The position numbers were made by a program, and so were the translations under genes. DNA of 63,647 nucleotides, counting the filler, from Chrysochromulina tobinii (Eukaryota), in assembly GCA_001275005.1 (NCBI GenBank). It is 5 parts of 5 records of this genome, joined end to end, with 100 filler letters (N's around TTAATTAATTAA, not from the genome) between each part and the next. Parts side by side here need not be neighbours in the genome. Positions count along the whole stretch, not along the records: positions 13,865 to 27,741 come from JWZX01001351.1; positions 27,842 to 42,458 come from JWZX01001354.1; 3 more parts are not named here. The stretch is one strand, 5' to 3'. This document shows positions 24,103 to 35,108 of this stretch, one piece after another; position 1 is the first letter of the stretch; the number at the start of each line of letters is the position of its first letter. The notes under the pieces are model-generated. The model made no database searches, had not been told where the DNA came from, and saw nothing but the letters and a program-made list of their open reading frames with translations.

Positions 24103-24892
24103 ATCCTTGTCGTGCAGATCGACTCAATCGTTTCGAACGATTGAGTCCGATTCGATTGAGTCCGAGACGTCCAACTCACGCCGCCTCCTTCATGCAGCGG
24201 TGATCAGGCAGGCCAACCGCCAGCGCAGGCCAGGCCCTGGCCAGGCCCCGTCCGGGGCAAGACTCGACTCGGTCAAACTCGGTCGTGTTCTTGAGGTGTA
24301 CGATTACTATGTTTAGGTATTAGCTCATACGTATAGGTAGAAGGTACCGACCGATATCCGACTCTCGAAGTCGAACCGCAACAAAGAAAAATACCCATTA
24401 AAATCACAGCGCATATCCAGAATCCACCGGCGCGCGGCGGGACGCGCGCGCGTGAGCTTCAAAAACGTTCAAAATCAGCAGGTGGTGGGCGCGTAGTGTG
24501 TGAATCCAGAAAGGGCTCCAAGAATACCTCCCCCTACCCCTTTGGGTCAATCACTGAGTTCAAAATCAGGTGGTGGGGATAGTCGGTGACAGTTCGCGTC
24601 CTCACAGGCTCACGCAGCTGAGTGAAATTTCGATATACTGTTCCTCTAACCTAACTCTAACCTCTAAGACTTAGTGTTTAGGAGCTGCGAAATCTGACGT
24701 TGCAGCTTTTTCAAGCGTTACTTTGATGACCCTAAGCTCACAGCTGTCACCTGTGAGTCAAAAATTCTCGCAGCTCCAGGAGCTGTCGTCCTCGTCGGAA
24801 CATACATGTATTTGAAGCAAAAACTTGTTGATCCAACTGGTTGAGTTACGGAGTTTGAATTCTCACAGCTCGTTAACTTCAGGAGCTTTGAG

Positions 24893-25849
24893 ATGCCACT
24901 CTCAAGCTGCTCAAGTTGGATGTTAGCTTGGACTGGGGGGGGGGGAAGCTTTTTTTCACTGAGCTCGCGCCCCAGGTTGGAAAAGGACTTCGCGACTGCA
25001 CGAAAACGCGTCAGAGTGAATGCGTCTCATCACCCTTGCCCCATCAATACTCTTCAAAGACCGATCCAATACAGCCCAGCCCTGCATCCGATTGCTTGCA
25101 TTTGGCCTGGTGATGCCTTTGTAAGCGGCACAATCGCCAACGGCGGTTTGTGGGATGCCGAGCTCGCGCATGTCATGGTGGATCACCTCCGCAACAAACC
25201 CACCTCGCTTGTGATCGATGCTGGCTGCAACGTCGGGCAGTTTTCGTTGCTCGCCGCTGCATCGGGGCACTTTGTCGCCGCAATCGATGCTCTTCACGAG
25301 CATGCCGCCATGGTAAATCATGCGGCAATTCTCAACGGCTTCCAAGATCGCATCTGGGTTCAGAACGTTGTGCTTGCTGCAAAAGACGACGGGAAAGCCA
25401 CCGTCACCAGGGACGGCATGAGCTCAAACATGGGTGGCATTACCCCGAAGCTTGATGCGAGAAGGCTGCAGGTTGCCCATGTGCGCACGGCGACGCTGAA
25501 TGCTCTACTCCGACACCACAAGCCCAGCCTGCCAGTCTCCTTCTTTAAGCTTGATGTGGAAGGTTTCGAGCCGCTGGTGTTGGAAGGGGCGCAGAAGTGG
25601 CTAGTGGCGCGTCGGCCGCAAGCCATTGCGCTCGAGATCACTCCTCAAGCTTGGCGTGCACATGGATATAACGTAGCGGACGTTCTGCAGGGGATCATGG
25701 ACCTGAACTACACGTGCGCACGCTTGTACGGCGGGCTCAAGGGGGTGCCGCGGAGTGCGCTGCGCTCGTTTGTGCAAACCATAGAACATCTCAACACCGT
25801 CGACATGGTCTTCACCCACGAAAGCGAGGCATCCAAACGACCTGCTTGA
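24893..25849 (+). CDS. FkbM-family SAM-dependent methyltransferase; start uncertain
   Basis: VIDAGCNVGQFSL, FFKLDVEGFEPLVLEGA, IALEI. Confidence 0.8.
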   Translation: MPLSSCSSWMLAWTGGGGSFFSLSSRPRLEKDFATARKRVRVNASHHPCPINTLQRPIQYSPALHPIACIWPGDAFVSGTIANGGLWDAELAHVMVDHLRNKPTSLVIDAGCNVGQFSLLAAASGHFVAAIDALHEHAAMVNHAAILNGFQDRIWVQNVVLAAKDDGKATVTRDGMSSNMGGITPKLDARRLQVAHVRTATLNALLRHHKPSLPVSFFKLDVEGFEPLVLEGAQKWLVARRPQAIALEITPQAWRAHGYNVADVLQGIMDLNYTCARLYGGLKGVPRSALRSFVQTIEHLNTVDMVFTHESEASKRPA

Positions 25850-26042
25850 CGAGCACATCTTTCGGAAATGGGGTATGCTCCAGCAGCACAGACCAGGCAG
25901 CCGCAGAGCCGCTTGGGGTATTTCCGTGAGGGCTTTTCTCCGGATTCATATAAATTTGGACCTGTCGATGAATTCCACAGCTGATGATTGATATTCCCAA
26001 GTTTTCACACTGTATGGATACTTTCTGCGCCGATTGGTTTTC

Positions 26043-27242
26043 ATGGCGGCCATTACGCAGGCGGAGAGTGAATCACTCTGGAATGAGGTCAAGGGGATGA
26101 TGGACGACGCGCAGGATGACCCCGAGAGCGTGCAGCCGCTCTCGAGCGACGAGGAAGGATACGTTGATCGCCTTATGGAGGGCCGCACGGCACGTATCGG
26201 CCGTCAGTCGTTCTCCAAGTTCACGGCGGCAACGCCAGTCGAACATCGTGCTGCGGCCGCGCCCGTAGCCACAGGTGGAACGGCCTTTGCACAACGCATG
26301 CTTGCCGCGTTTGACGGTTTGCGTCCTGACGCCCTGAGCGCCTTTCGGCCCAATGGCCTCGATGGGAGCGGGCGCATCGGCCCCGCATTCGAGCAGCAAT
26401 GCCGTGGGCATAACCTCGCGGAGCCGATCACACCATCGCTGCAGGACGTGGCTGACGAAGATGAGGGCGAGGAGGAGGACAAAGAGGATGAGGAAGACGA
26501 AAGCTTCGACTACGCCGAGGAGCACGAAGGCAAAGAACAGGACCCGCGTGAATGGTCGCGCCACACGGCCACGTGGGCGGAGGACGTCTCCGACAGTGAG
26601 GAAGAAGGGTATTGCAGGCCGTCAACGGATTCCGAGGTGAGCCTCCGGGGCGCGAGAATCGGAGGTGGAGGCGGCGGCGGTGGCGACGGCGGTGGCGGCG
26701 GCGGTGGTGGCGGCGGCGGTGGCGGTCGCGGTGGCGGCAAGGGTGTTGGCCATGGCGGCGCCGGCGCGATCGCGGCGTTCGGCAGTCTACGCGACCTCGA
26801 CGACCTCGACGAGCTCGACGCCATGGATGAGGGAGATGAGGCAGCGGGTGGAAGCCGCGCGGCGGGCCTTCAATCTGCGGATGGATCGGCTGCGACTCGA
26901 CGTCCAGAGCTCCGCTCGCCCAGGAAGCGAACGGGCGACGTGGTCCGTGCAAATGCTGCCTCTGGCAAGAACGATGGCAAAGAGGGGGCGAGCAGCGGGG
27001 CCCTGGGCGTGGCCGGGATGACGAAGCGGGTGCGCTTCGAGGAGCCACAATCGGCAATGGCCGTCGACAGCGAAGCGGCGAACGCCGCAGGCCTTGCAGA
27101 TCTGCTGAAACTGATTGACGCGTCACAGCTCGCAGCTGTTGCTAGCGGTGCAAGCAGCGCCGCAGAAGCTTTGGAGTTGGGTACTGACAGGACGGCTCGG
27201 AGCAAGCCGCGCTCGAAGGCACCTTGGCGTCGTGGGCTTTGA
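26043..27242 (+). CDS. Hypothetical acidic/Gly-rich low-complexity protein
   Basis: 399-codon ORF with host-like GC. No recognisable domain. Confidence 0.5.
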   Translation: MAAITQAESESLWNEVKGMMDDAQDDPESVQPLSSDEEGYVDRLMEGRTARIGRQSFSKFTAATPVEHRAAAAPVATGGTAFAQRMLAAFDGLRPDALSAFRPNGLDGSGRIGPAFEQQCRGHNLAEPITPSLQDVADEDEGEEEDKEDEEDESFDYAEEHEGKEQDPREWSRHTATWAEDVSDSEEEGYCRPSTDSEVSLRGARIGGGGGGGGDGGGGGGGGGGGGGRGGGKGVGHGGAGAIAAFGSLRDLDDLDELDAMDEGDEAAGGSRAAGLQSADGSAATRRPELRSPRKRTGDVVRANAASGKNDGKEGASSGALGVAGMTKRVRFEEPQSAMAVDSEAANAAGLADLLKLIDASQLAAVASGASSAAEALELGTDRTARSKPRSKAPWRRGL

Positions 27243-27741
27243 GCCTGTGAAACGTGCTGAGTGGCTGCGAGCCTGTGACGTGCTGAGTGTGGCCCGGCCC
27301 CTGCTCTGCTCGCTACCTGGTGCGGTGCCCGTTTGGTGCGTAGCCTCAAGCTGTTGAAGGCGTCATGTGTTATTGAAGGCAAGGCGAATATGATATATGT
27401 GTTCCTACCGCCCGGAAGCGAAGCCGAAGGTGCGCCGGGCCACTTGCGACCGGGCCCGACTGCCGACGTGCCGTGCGCCGCGCGGCACCGCATCGCGGCG
27501 CGTCCCCGTCCCCGCGCCACGCCATTCGCCGGGTGCCTGACCGCGCGATTTCGTGGGTGCGCTGCGTGGCATGGGGCCATGGCCCTGCGTGGACGATACG
27601 ATGCCGAAAAGCGGAAGTGGTCGGTGGACGCGCGGCCGCGTCCGGGAGCGGTCTCTTGAAGAGCCAGTAGTTGACATGCTGCTGTACTAAGACGTACTGG
27701 TTTCACTGTTAGTATGCTCCACTGAGCTGTGCACTGGCGCC

Positions 27742-27841
27742 NNNNNNNNNNNNNNNNNNNNNNNNNNNNNNNNNNNNNNNNNNNNTTAATTAATTAANNN
27801 NNNNNNNNNNNNNNNNNNNNNNNNNNNNNNNNNNNNNNNNN
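27742..27841. other. Artificial contig-joining spacer
   Basis: N44-TTAATTAATTAA-N44. Confidence 0.98.
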
Positions 27842-30752
27842 GGTAGATGGCTTCTTCGTCTTCTTCTTCGATTTTAGCTTGGAGGAGTTTGAGGAGCATG
27901 AGGTTTTCGGCGATGAAGGAGTGTTGAACAAAGCCTGTTTGCTGGGGTGATACGAACTGGAGTACTGCTAGGTTCATGCGTTGTGTGAGTATACGAGTGA
28001 AGATTTTATAATCGCAGTTTAGTAGAGATATCGGTCTATAGTTACGGGGGTCGTCTTTGACACCTTTTTTGTAGAGTACCGAGATAAGTCCTTCAAGGCA
28101 GGTGTCGTGGAGTTCGTTGTTTGCGATGCTCTCCTCGTATACTTTGTGTAAGATGAGAGCGATGGTCTCGGAGAATGTTTTGTAGAATCGGCAGGGGAGT
28201 CTGTCGGGTCCTGGTGACTTGCCGGTGGGGAGGGCGCTGATGGCGTCGGCGATCTCTTTCGCGAGTATGGGGGCGTCGCAGAGGTCTGCGGTAGGCTTGA
28301 GGACGCGGCGGGTGTTGCCGTCTGGGTCTGGGCCGCTGAGGGTGTGGAGGCAGGCTTGGGTGGCATGTGAAAGAGGGTCGGTGTTTTTATCTGCGAAGAG
28401 GCTCGTGTAGTATTTGGTAAATTCTTTTAGGATTTGCGACGTTGAGCTAACTGTGTTACCCGTGTGAGTTGGGTTGGAGAGGTCCGTCCAGTCGGTTTCT
28501 TGCATCTTGTGTGGTGCTTGGTTGGGTCGCGCTGGGTTCCATTGGCGGAAGAACTCGCTGGAGCCGATGTCGTGTTTTTTGCCGTTGTTGTAGGCTTCTC
28601 CTTCGAGGGTGTCGTGCAGGGTGACGGCTTTTCGTCGTGCGGTCTTGATCTCTTTTTCAAGGCGGTCGGCTTCGGCTTCGTTGATCTGTTCGCCGTTGGT
28701 GGTGCGGGTGCGTAGGTTGGCGAGGATGAGCTTCTTGAGGGTGAGTTGCTGGTCGAGTTTGAAGCGGGCGCGCTTTGTTTCTGCGAGGCATTGGGTTCGG
28801 GCGTCGAGTTTGATTGATTCCCAGGTGGAGCGCCAGTTTGTATTTGGCGTTCGCATGGCGTTGTTGTACTTGGTGCGGATGGATGCGTGGAGTTGTGAGG
28901 TGAAGGGTTGGTCATCGAAGATGCTCTCGTTGATGAAGGGTAGATCGTTGCCTCGTTTGTGCGTCGTCTGCGTGCTGCATACGTGTACTGCGTCGTGGTC
29001 TCTGGTGGCTCGGGCGTCAGGGTGTGGGAAGAAGTCGGTGCAGTTCGAGTGGACGTAGGACTCATCTGAGGTGTCGGGGACGTAGATTCGGTCGATGCGC
29101 GTGTGCGTGATGCCCGCAGCGTGCGAGTGGTGCGAGGTGAAGAAAGGGTTGGTGCCGTCTGAGCCGAGTTGTTGGCGTGCGACGTCTGTGAGACCATTGT
29201 CGTCTGTGAGGTTGTTGAGGGTCTTGTATCCGTCGTTCTCGTAGGGTGTGGTGCACGCGGTTGGGCGTAGGGTGTCGAGTGTCGTGTCTGGTACGCAGTT
29301 CGCGTCGAGTCCGAGGATGGTTTTGGGATTGACCATCGCAGCGAGGGCGGAGAAAAAAGTGGTGCGCGCGGGGGTGGCTGATTGCTTCCAGTAATTATTC
29401 TTCACTTTGATAAAGTCTGTCCAGTTTAGTTTACCGAGTTGCATGCTGGTGATTTGGGCGGGTGTGAAGGAGGCTTTTGTTGTGCCGGGTGGGCGTTGGC
29501 TGAGTGTGGCGGTGAGCTGTGCTGTGTTGGTTTTGAGCTCGCGTCCCTCTTTGGGTCTGTTGGTGCCGACTTTGGTCCACTCGGTGCCGAGGAGTTCGGT
29601 GCTAGGTTCGGCTGGTGCGTACGCGCAGGTGAGTGTTCTCGGGTGGCCTAGGACGTGCATTTTCGTCGAGATCGCTCTGCCTGCGAGGTGCGCGGGACGG
29701 AAGGTTGATTTTTGGATTCTGAGGATCGCGTCGTCGAGGGATTCGCCTGGTTTTTTCTCGATCGAGGTGTGGGGGATGATGATGGCGGTGCCCCCCCAGG
29801 AGGTTGCTTGGAATTGTTTCGGGGTGGCGTATGCGAGGAGGATGAGGAGCTGGTGTCCGCGGGCGATTTTTTCGTGCGCTTTTTTATCCTGTTGTTTGAG
29901 GTTGTGTTCTTGGATGAAAAGGGCGGTGATGGGCTGGCGTTCGTGTTCGGACGCGATGGCTTTGCAGCATTGGAAGAGTTTCCCTGCTCCTTGCAGTCCG
30001 TTGACGTTCTTGGTGACGTACCGGGGGCCCGGGTTTGGTTCGATGCCTTCTTCGGTGAGGTCTCGGATCCATGTGAGTGAGGGGTTGATGAGTCCGGAGA
30101 GGAGTGTGGTGAGCTCTTTGGAACGGTTTCTTTTGTGTTTGGGTTTATTAGTTGATGTGGCGGTGGTATGACCTATGATGCGTGGGTGTCTATGGGTGTG
30201 AATATGTCGGGTGCCGTGTGCTTTTTCTCTTTGTGTGTCTGCGTTCACACGTGCTCGGTATGGGTGGGGTGACGGGGTGGTGGTGGTGGCTTTGGTTGGG
30301 TTCGTACGTGGTGCGTTGTCTGGCGTTGGGTCGGCGAGTGCGCTTCGGCTGTCCATTGGTTCGGGAGCGGACTCGTGGTAAACTGGTTCCGGTGCATTGT
30401 TTTGTGTGTGTGAATTGTGTTTGGGTTTGTGTTTTTTTGTGCTGCATGCATGCATTTTGTGTGGTGGGTAATTCGTGGTTTGTGACTCTTTTTGGGGGTT
30501 GCTTCTTTTTGGGTGCTTGTTATTTGAGGGACTGATGGGGTGTGACTTTATGTTAACTTGGTACGCTGTACACGGGGTATGGTACCGAAGGTATGGTTTA
30601 TCATGTACTGTGGTACTTGACACATTTGGGCGCTGTGCGGGCGCTTGGGTGCGCTTTCTCTCTGTATGCTTGCGGATGCGCGTTGCTGCCGAGTGCGTGT
30701 GCACGTGAGCTCGTGTGTGGTGCGTGCGCTGGGCTGTTGCGGGAGTTATCAT
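27842..30752 (-). CDS. LINE ORF2: basic leader, 2A-like peptide, APE endonuclease, RT (partial)
   Basis: DLTEEGIEPNPGP, TKNVNGL, FIQEH, CAYAP, GLDANC, RIDRIYV, RDH, GKSPGPDRLP, LYKKG..DDPRNYRPISLLNCDYKIFT, QQTGFV. Confidence 0.92.
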
Positions 30753-31648
30753 GTTGCTTTCTCGATGGGGTCCTTCTCGGTTGCGGCGGGGGTGGGCTCC
30801 TTGGCCTCTTCCTCCTTGGCGCGTTTCGCTAGCATCGACTTGAAGGTGTCGATTGCGTTTGAGGACGCGGGCGCGCGCTTGGGCGCTGGTTTCTTGCGGC
30901 ACTCGGTGTGCATGGCCGTGTTGATGTAGGTGGTCATGCGCAGGTGCGAGACGGTGGTGTCCTCGTCCGTCTGGTGGTCGAGGTACATGGGCTTGTTGAC
31001 GACGGCTGGGTGGTCTTCGGGGAGGGGGCAGAAGCACTGGGTGCACAGGTTGAGTTTGTGCGTGAGCGTGTGGGAGAGCCCGGTCTTCCAGTGCGCTCCC
31101 TTGATTACTACGTGCTTGAGTTCCTCGAGGGTGCTCTTCACGGTCGGGTTGTCGCGGGCGAAATTCTCCTTGAGGTGGATGGCGACGTAGTATTCGCCGG
31201 TGAGGTTCTTGACGTCGGTGTTCTTGCTCAGGTTCGGCTTGAGTTCGGCGATCTTGAGGCCGTTCTTGGTGAGGATGTCCTCGAGGACCATCTTGAGGAT
31301 TGGTGTTGGGGTGCTCGGTGCGCTCTCGGGCTGCGTCAGGCTCATCCAGTAGCGGACGGGTTCTTGGGTCCATGGCAGGTATTGGATGGTCCGCGATGCG
31401 GGGATCGTGCAGGTGAAGGGCTTGGGGTCCGTGATGGCGGTGAGGATATTGACGACGGCCTGCGGGAACCATGCGATGTAGAGTTTTCTCTGCGGGTTGA
31501 CCTTGATGATGATTGTCTCCGGGTTGAGCTCGCCCTTGGTGAATTTCATGAGCTGGATTGCGATCTCCACCAGGATTTGGATCTGGACGTCTCCGACGTG
31601 CGGTACGATTTTGATGTGCAGCGGTACCTTCTCTGCCGTGTCCGCCAT
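30749..31648 (-). CDS. LINE ORF1 (putative nucleic-acid-binding protein with a Cys/His motif)
   Basis: 299-aa ORF directly upstream of ORF2. Strong codon periodicity. CTQCFCPLPEDH motif. Its TGA overlaps the ORF2 ATG. Confidence 0.75.
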   Translation of the reverse strand: MADTAEKVPLHIKIVPHVGDVQIQILVEIAIQLMKFTKGELNPETIIIKVNPQRKLYIAWFPQAVVNILTAITDPKPFTCTIPASRTIQYLPWTQEPVRYWMSLTQPESAPSTPTPILKMVLEDILTKNGLKIAELKPNLSKNTDVKNLTGEYYVAIHLKENFARDNPTVKSTLEELKHVVIKGAHWKTGLSHTLTHKLNLCTQCFCPLPEDHPAVVNKPMYLDHQTDEDTTVSHLRMTTYINTAMHTECRKKPAPKRAPASSNAIDTFKSMLAKRAKEEEAKEPTPAATEKDPIEKAT

Positions 31649-32121
31649 GAGTAGGTCGAGGTCCGGTCTGCGGCACGGGGGTGGTGGTTTGGTAGTGAGT
31701 TTGTAGGTTGCAAGCCCTATTATACTCAGGGCGAGTCTCTGTTTGGGCGGTTTGATTGCGGGGCATGCTGATGAGGCTGGGCAGCGTGCAGATGAGGGTC
31801 AGGGTGATTGCCAGGCGTGTCCAGGGTGCGGGGTTTATGTGCTGGTTTGTCTGTCTGGGCAGGCATGTTGGCGCGCGGCAGTCGGAAAGTGCTGGGGAAG
31901 CGTTGTGCATGCGCGTCTTTCGGGCAGGATGTTCATGGGAGGGAGGCGGTGTGCGCGTGCTCATGGCGGCGTACGTTACGGGTGACACGGGTTCGATCTC
32001 AGAGGCCACTGGGGCGAGAGAGAGAGGTTCCGTGCTCCCCATCTTTTAGAAAAAAGAGGGGATAAAGTTTCTGCGTATACGCACCCCCGACCGCGTAAAC
32101 GCAGGAAACGACAAACCGTAA

Positions 32122-33306
32122 TGGAAGTTGGGAGGCGCATCAAGGCCGAACTCACTACAATCAGGCGATGCGATGCGTATGTCGTTATAACGTTATAACC
32201 AATAACGCGTATGTCCGGTGTTCATTATAAGCTTATAACTCGAAACTCGTAAAACACAGGAAGACCTCGAACAACTAGTACATTTAGAGCTCCGGTCTGT
32301 GATCGGGTCTCGGCCGAATGACGATCCTCGATCGGCCCTGTCACTGTAAGAACACACTGTCGAAGGGCGTCCTAGGCCGTACACACACCCATGTGCGTAA
32401 GGGCTTCACCTTCACGGCACAGACGCAGAAAACACATACACAGGGTCACAGAAAGGCACAGAGAGAGAGACACACACCACGTCTTAACAAGGCTGACTTT
32501 GAGGAACGGAATACGCTGAGGTCACCAAGAGGTCACCATGCAAGCCACCAAAGGCACCCACGCAGACTGCCATATTAAGGCTTGGAGTACACTGAGGTCA
32601 TCGCAAGGTCATATGCGTGCTCACTTTGCGCTGCAGATGCGCGAGAACATATCCTCGACGCCCATTTCATGTGCGCCTTCTTGCTTCTCATGCGCGCGCG
32701 TGCGCAGGATCTCCACCTGCTCGATGATCCGAGAGAACGGCCAACCTCAGAGGCCATCAGTAGGCCATCAGTAGGCCATCAGTAGGCCATCAGTAGGCCA
32801 TCAGTAGGCCATGAGAGGCCATCAGAGGCCAATCACTCTGGCCATCAGCGAGGATCGGAGTCGATGAGAGGCCATCAGAGCGCGTTCGAGCCCAGCGCGA
32901 GTGCACCTGTTCGTCCGAGAGCGTGTCCATCCTTAGATGGATCTTTGCCCCGATCACCCGAAGCATGCGCTGCGCAATCGACTCGGCGTACTTGCCGCGC
33001 ACGTAGATGCTCAGCACGGTCATGACCTCCTCCAAGGTGGCGCGACGCAGAGCCATCGACGAGTGGCCTCTGGGTGTTGCCGTGTCGCTGTCGCCATTGG
33101 AGCCCGGCACGGCGCGTGTCAGCGCCAGCGATGTCGACCCTGCGGACAGCGCAGCAGCGGCTGCTGCTGCCTCATTAACTGCCTCATTAACGGCCTCATT
33201 AGGAAGAGGAGCCTCGCAGAATAGCATGCTCTCCGGAAGCGCTGTGCTGGGCGCGTCGCACACTAGCATGCAATGCGACGACGCTTCGAGAGCGTCCAGA
33301 CTGCGA

Positions 33307-33362
<56 letters not shown>

Positions 33363-34907
33363 GCCGCTGCAGCTGGTGCTGCCAACGTCGTCGCCGCAGT
33401 CGCTGCGCGGTCGGGAGTCTGCACCGCTGTGACCGGTGCCCTCGCCGATCGCCCACCAGCCCGGGGCGCCGGTGGCGCGCTCGCCTTGGGTCGGATTGGT
33501 GCCCTCGCCCTCGTCGGTCAGCCAGTTGTCGGCGAGGCTGCGCCTTTCTTCGCTCAGCCGGGGCTCCTTGGTCTTTGGAGAGCGGTTAGAATCCGTCGTG
33601 GGTCGGCTATGCTCGCGCGAGAGGGCCGGCGGCACCGAGGTTGAGCGCCCTTTCCTCCTCATCGAGGACGCCACTGGAAGGAACCCAATGACCTCAGTGG
33701 ACAGGACCGCGGGGCGAGGAAGCACTAACGATAGCGTCGACGCCTCCGCCGGATGCCCAACAGAGCTGAGCTTCAAATCCTCGCTGCCAAGCATGGGAGG
33801 ACTCCCGCCTAATCTCATTTCAGGTGGCTGGCCCGACTCCATGTAAAGCAGGTTCGACGTCCTTTTCTGGATTGGGTTTCCGCAGGGCGTGGCCTGATAT
33901 GGGTGTTCCGTCAATTTGTGTCGAAGTTAGCAAGCTCATTTGCGATTACATCGCAATTGCAGTGACGCGCACCACCACCAACTCCATGTCAAAATCAGCC
34001 GTCCTGTATTTGTAGGCAAATACGACGCTCCCCTCCGTCATTCGATCACGTACAGTATCACGATTCGCATTCGGCTTGGCGCTTGCGGTGCTCGTCCGCC
34101 GTTCTTGACCCTGTTGGTTGCATGCATGCGAGGTGCACTCCAACACCATCAACTATTTGGAAGTTAGGGAGGCGCAAGGCCGAGCCCTAACGCCACCAAT
34201 CACCAATCAGGCGAACCGATGATACTGCTGCGTGGCGCGCATGACATCTCAAAACTCGTTAAACAGGGCGCCTCGCGCCCTCGTACAACCTTCACGAAAC
34301 ACACACACACACACACGCACACGCTGTAAGCTTTAACACACCGGCAGCAGAACACACGGAGAGAGTCGACACGCACATCACGTCTAAACGACTCACTTGT
34401 TGAGGAACGGAATACGCTGAGGTCACCAAGCCACCAAGGCATGGAGTCCACTAAGGCACGGAGTACACTGAGGTCATCGCAAGCGTCATATGCGTGCTCA
34501 TTTAACGCTGCAGATGCGCGAGAACATATCCTCGACGCCCATTTCATGTGCGCCTTCTTGCTTCTCATGAGCGCGCGCGCGCACCATCTCCACCTGCTCG
34601 ATGGTCCGAGAGAACGGCCAAGTACCTCAGAGGCCATCAGTAGGCCATCAGTAGGCCATGAGAGGGCATCAGAGGCCAATCACTCTGGCCATCAGCGAGG
34701 ATCGGAGTCGATGAGAGGCCATCAGAGCGCGTTCGAGCCCAGCGTGAGTGCACCTGTTCGTCCGAGAGCGTGTCCATCCTTAGATGGATCTTTGCCCCGA
34801 TCACCCGAAGCATGCGCTGCGCAATCGACTCGGCGTACTTGCCGCGCACGTAGATGCTCAGCACAGTCATGACCTCCTCCAAGGTGGCGCGACGCAGAGC
34901 CATCGAC
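32122..34907. repeat. Local segmental duplication: copy A ~32122-33060, copy B ~34159-34907
   Basis: Near-identical 32770-33060 vs 34630-34907. Similar flanks (ggaagttgggaggcgca / ggaagttagggaggcgca; gaggaacggaatacgctgaggtcaccaag in both). Confidence 0.9.
32621..33842 (-). CDS. Hypothetical protein (exons 33842-32907, 32716-32621): disordered N-terminus with poly-Gly, C-terminal ~80-aa module shared with the neighbouring gene
   Basis: Phase-0 GT-AG intron joins SDEQ to VEILRTRAHEKQEGAHEMGVEDMFSRICSAK*. Confidence 0.55.
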
Positions 34908-34915
34908 GGGTCCAT
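34498..34915 (-). CDS. 85-aa hypothetical protein (exons 34915-34754, 34593-34498), paralogue of the C-terminus of the previous gene
   Basis: Own ATG, same intron position, MDPSMALRRATLEEV...MFSRICSVK*. Confidence 0.55.
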
Positions 34916-34982
34916 TTTTGCCTCAAAAGGAAAGTGTGTCTCGGACGTGAACCGGACCGGGTCAAGACTTGGTCGGGCGTTC

Positions 34983-34990
34983 TATTTATA
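34983..34990 (-). promoter_or_regulatory. Possible TATA box in a short divergent intergenic region
   Basis: TATAAATA on the minus strand ~70 nt upstream of ATG 34915. Confidence 0.35.
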
Positions 34991-35108
34991 GTAATTCCGT
35001 CAAGTTGAAGCGAACCATTTGAGATAATTACGTCGTTGACGACCGTTTTCACGGCGCTTACAATTTTAAGGCGCGGCACGGCGCGTCCTCAAAAGGTCAG
35101 TTCCGAAG

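Larger units (their letters stand above)
27842..32045 (-). mobile_element. L1/Tx1-like non-LTR retrotransposon (ORF1 + ORF2), 3' truncated by contig end
   Basis: A/C-rich coding strand. Two tandem ORFs. APE followed by the RT N-terminus. 5' boundary approximate. Confidence 0.9.

Noticed and set aside
30753..32042. ORF2 frame open across all of ORF1 as a true dual-coding region
   Set aside because: The T-poor strand yields few stop codons and the peptide is R/P/H/Q-rich with no motifs. It cannot be fully excluded.
33307..33366. (GCC)n tract, and (CAG)n/(CCAA)n in the 14-3-3 intron
   Set aside because: Ordinary microsatellites.
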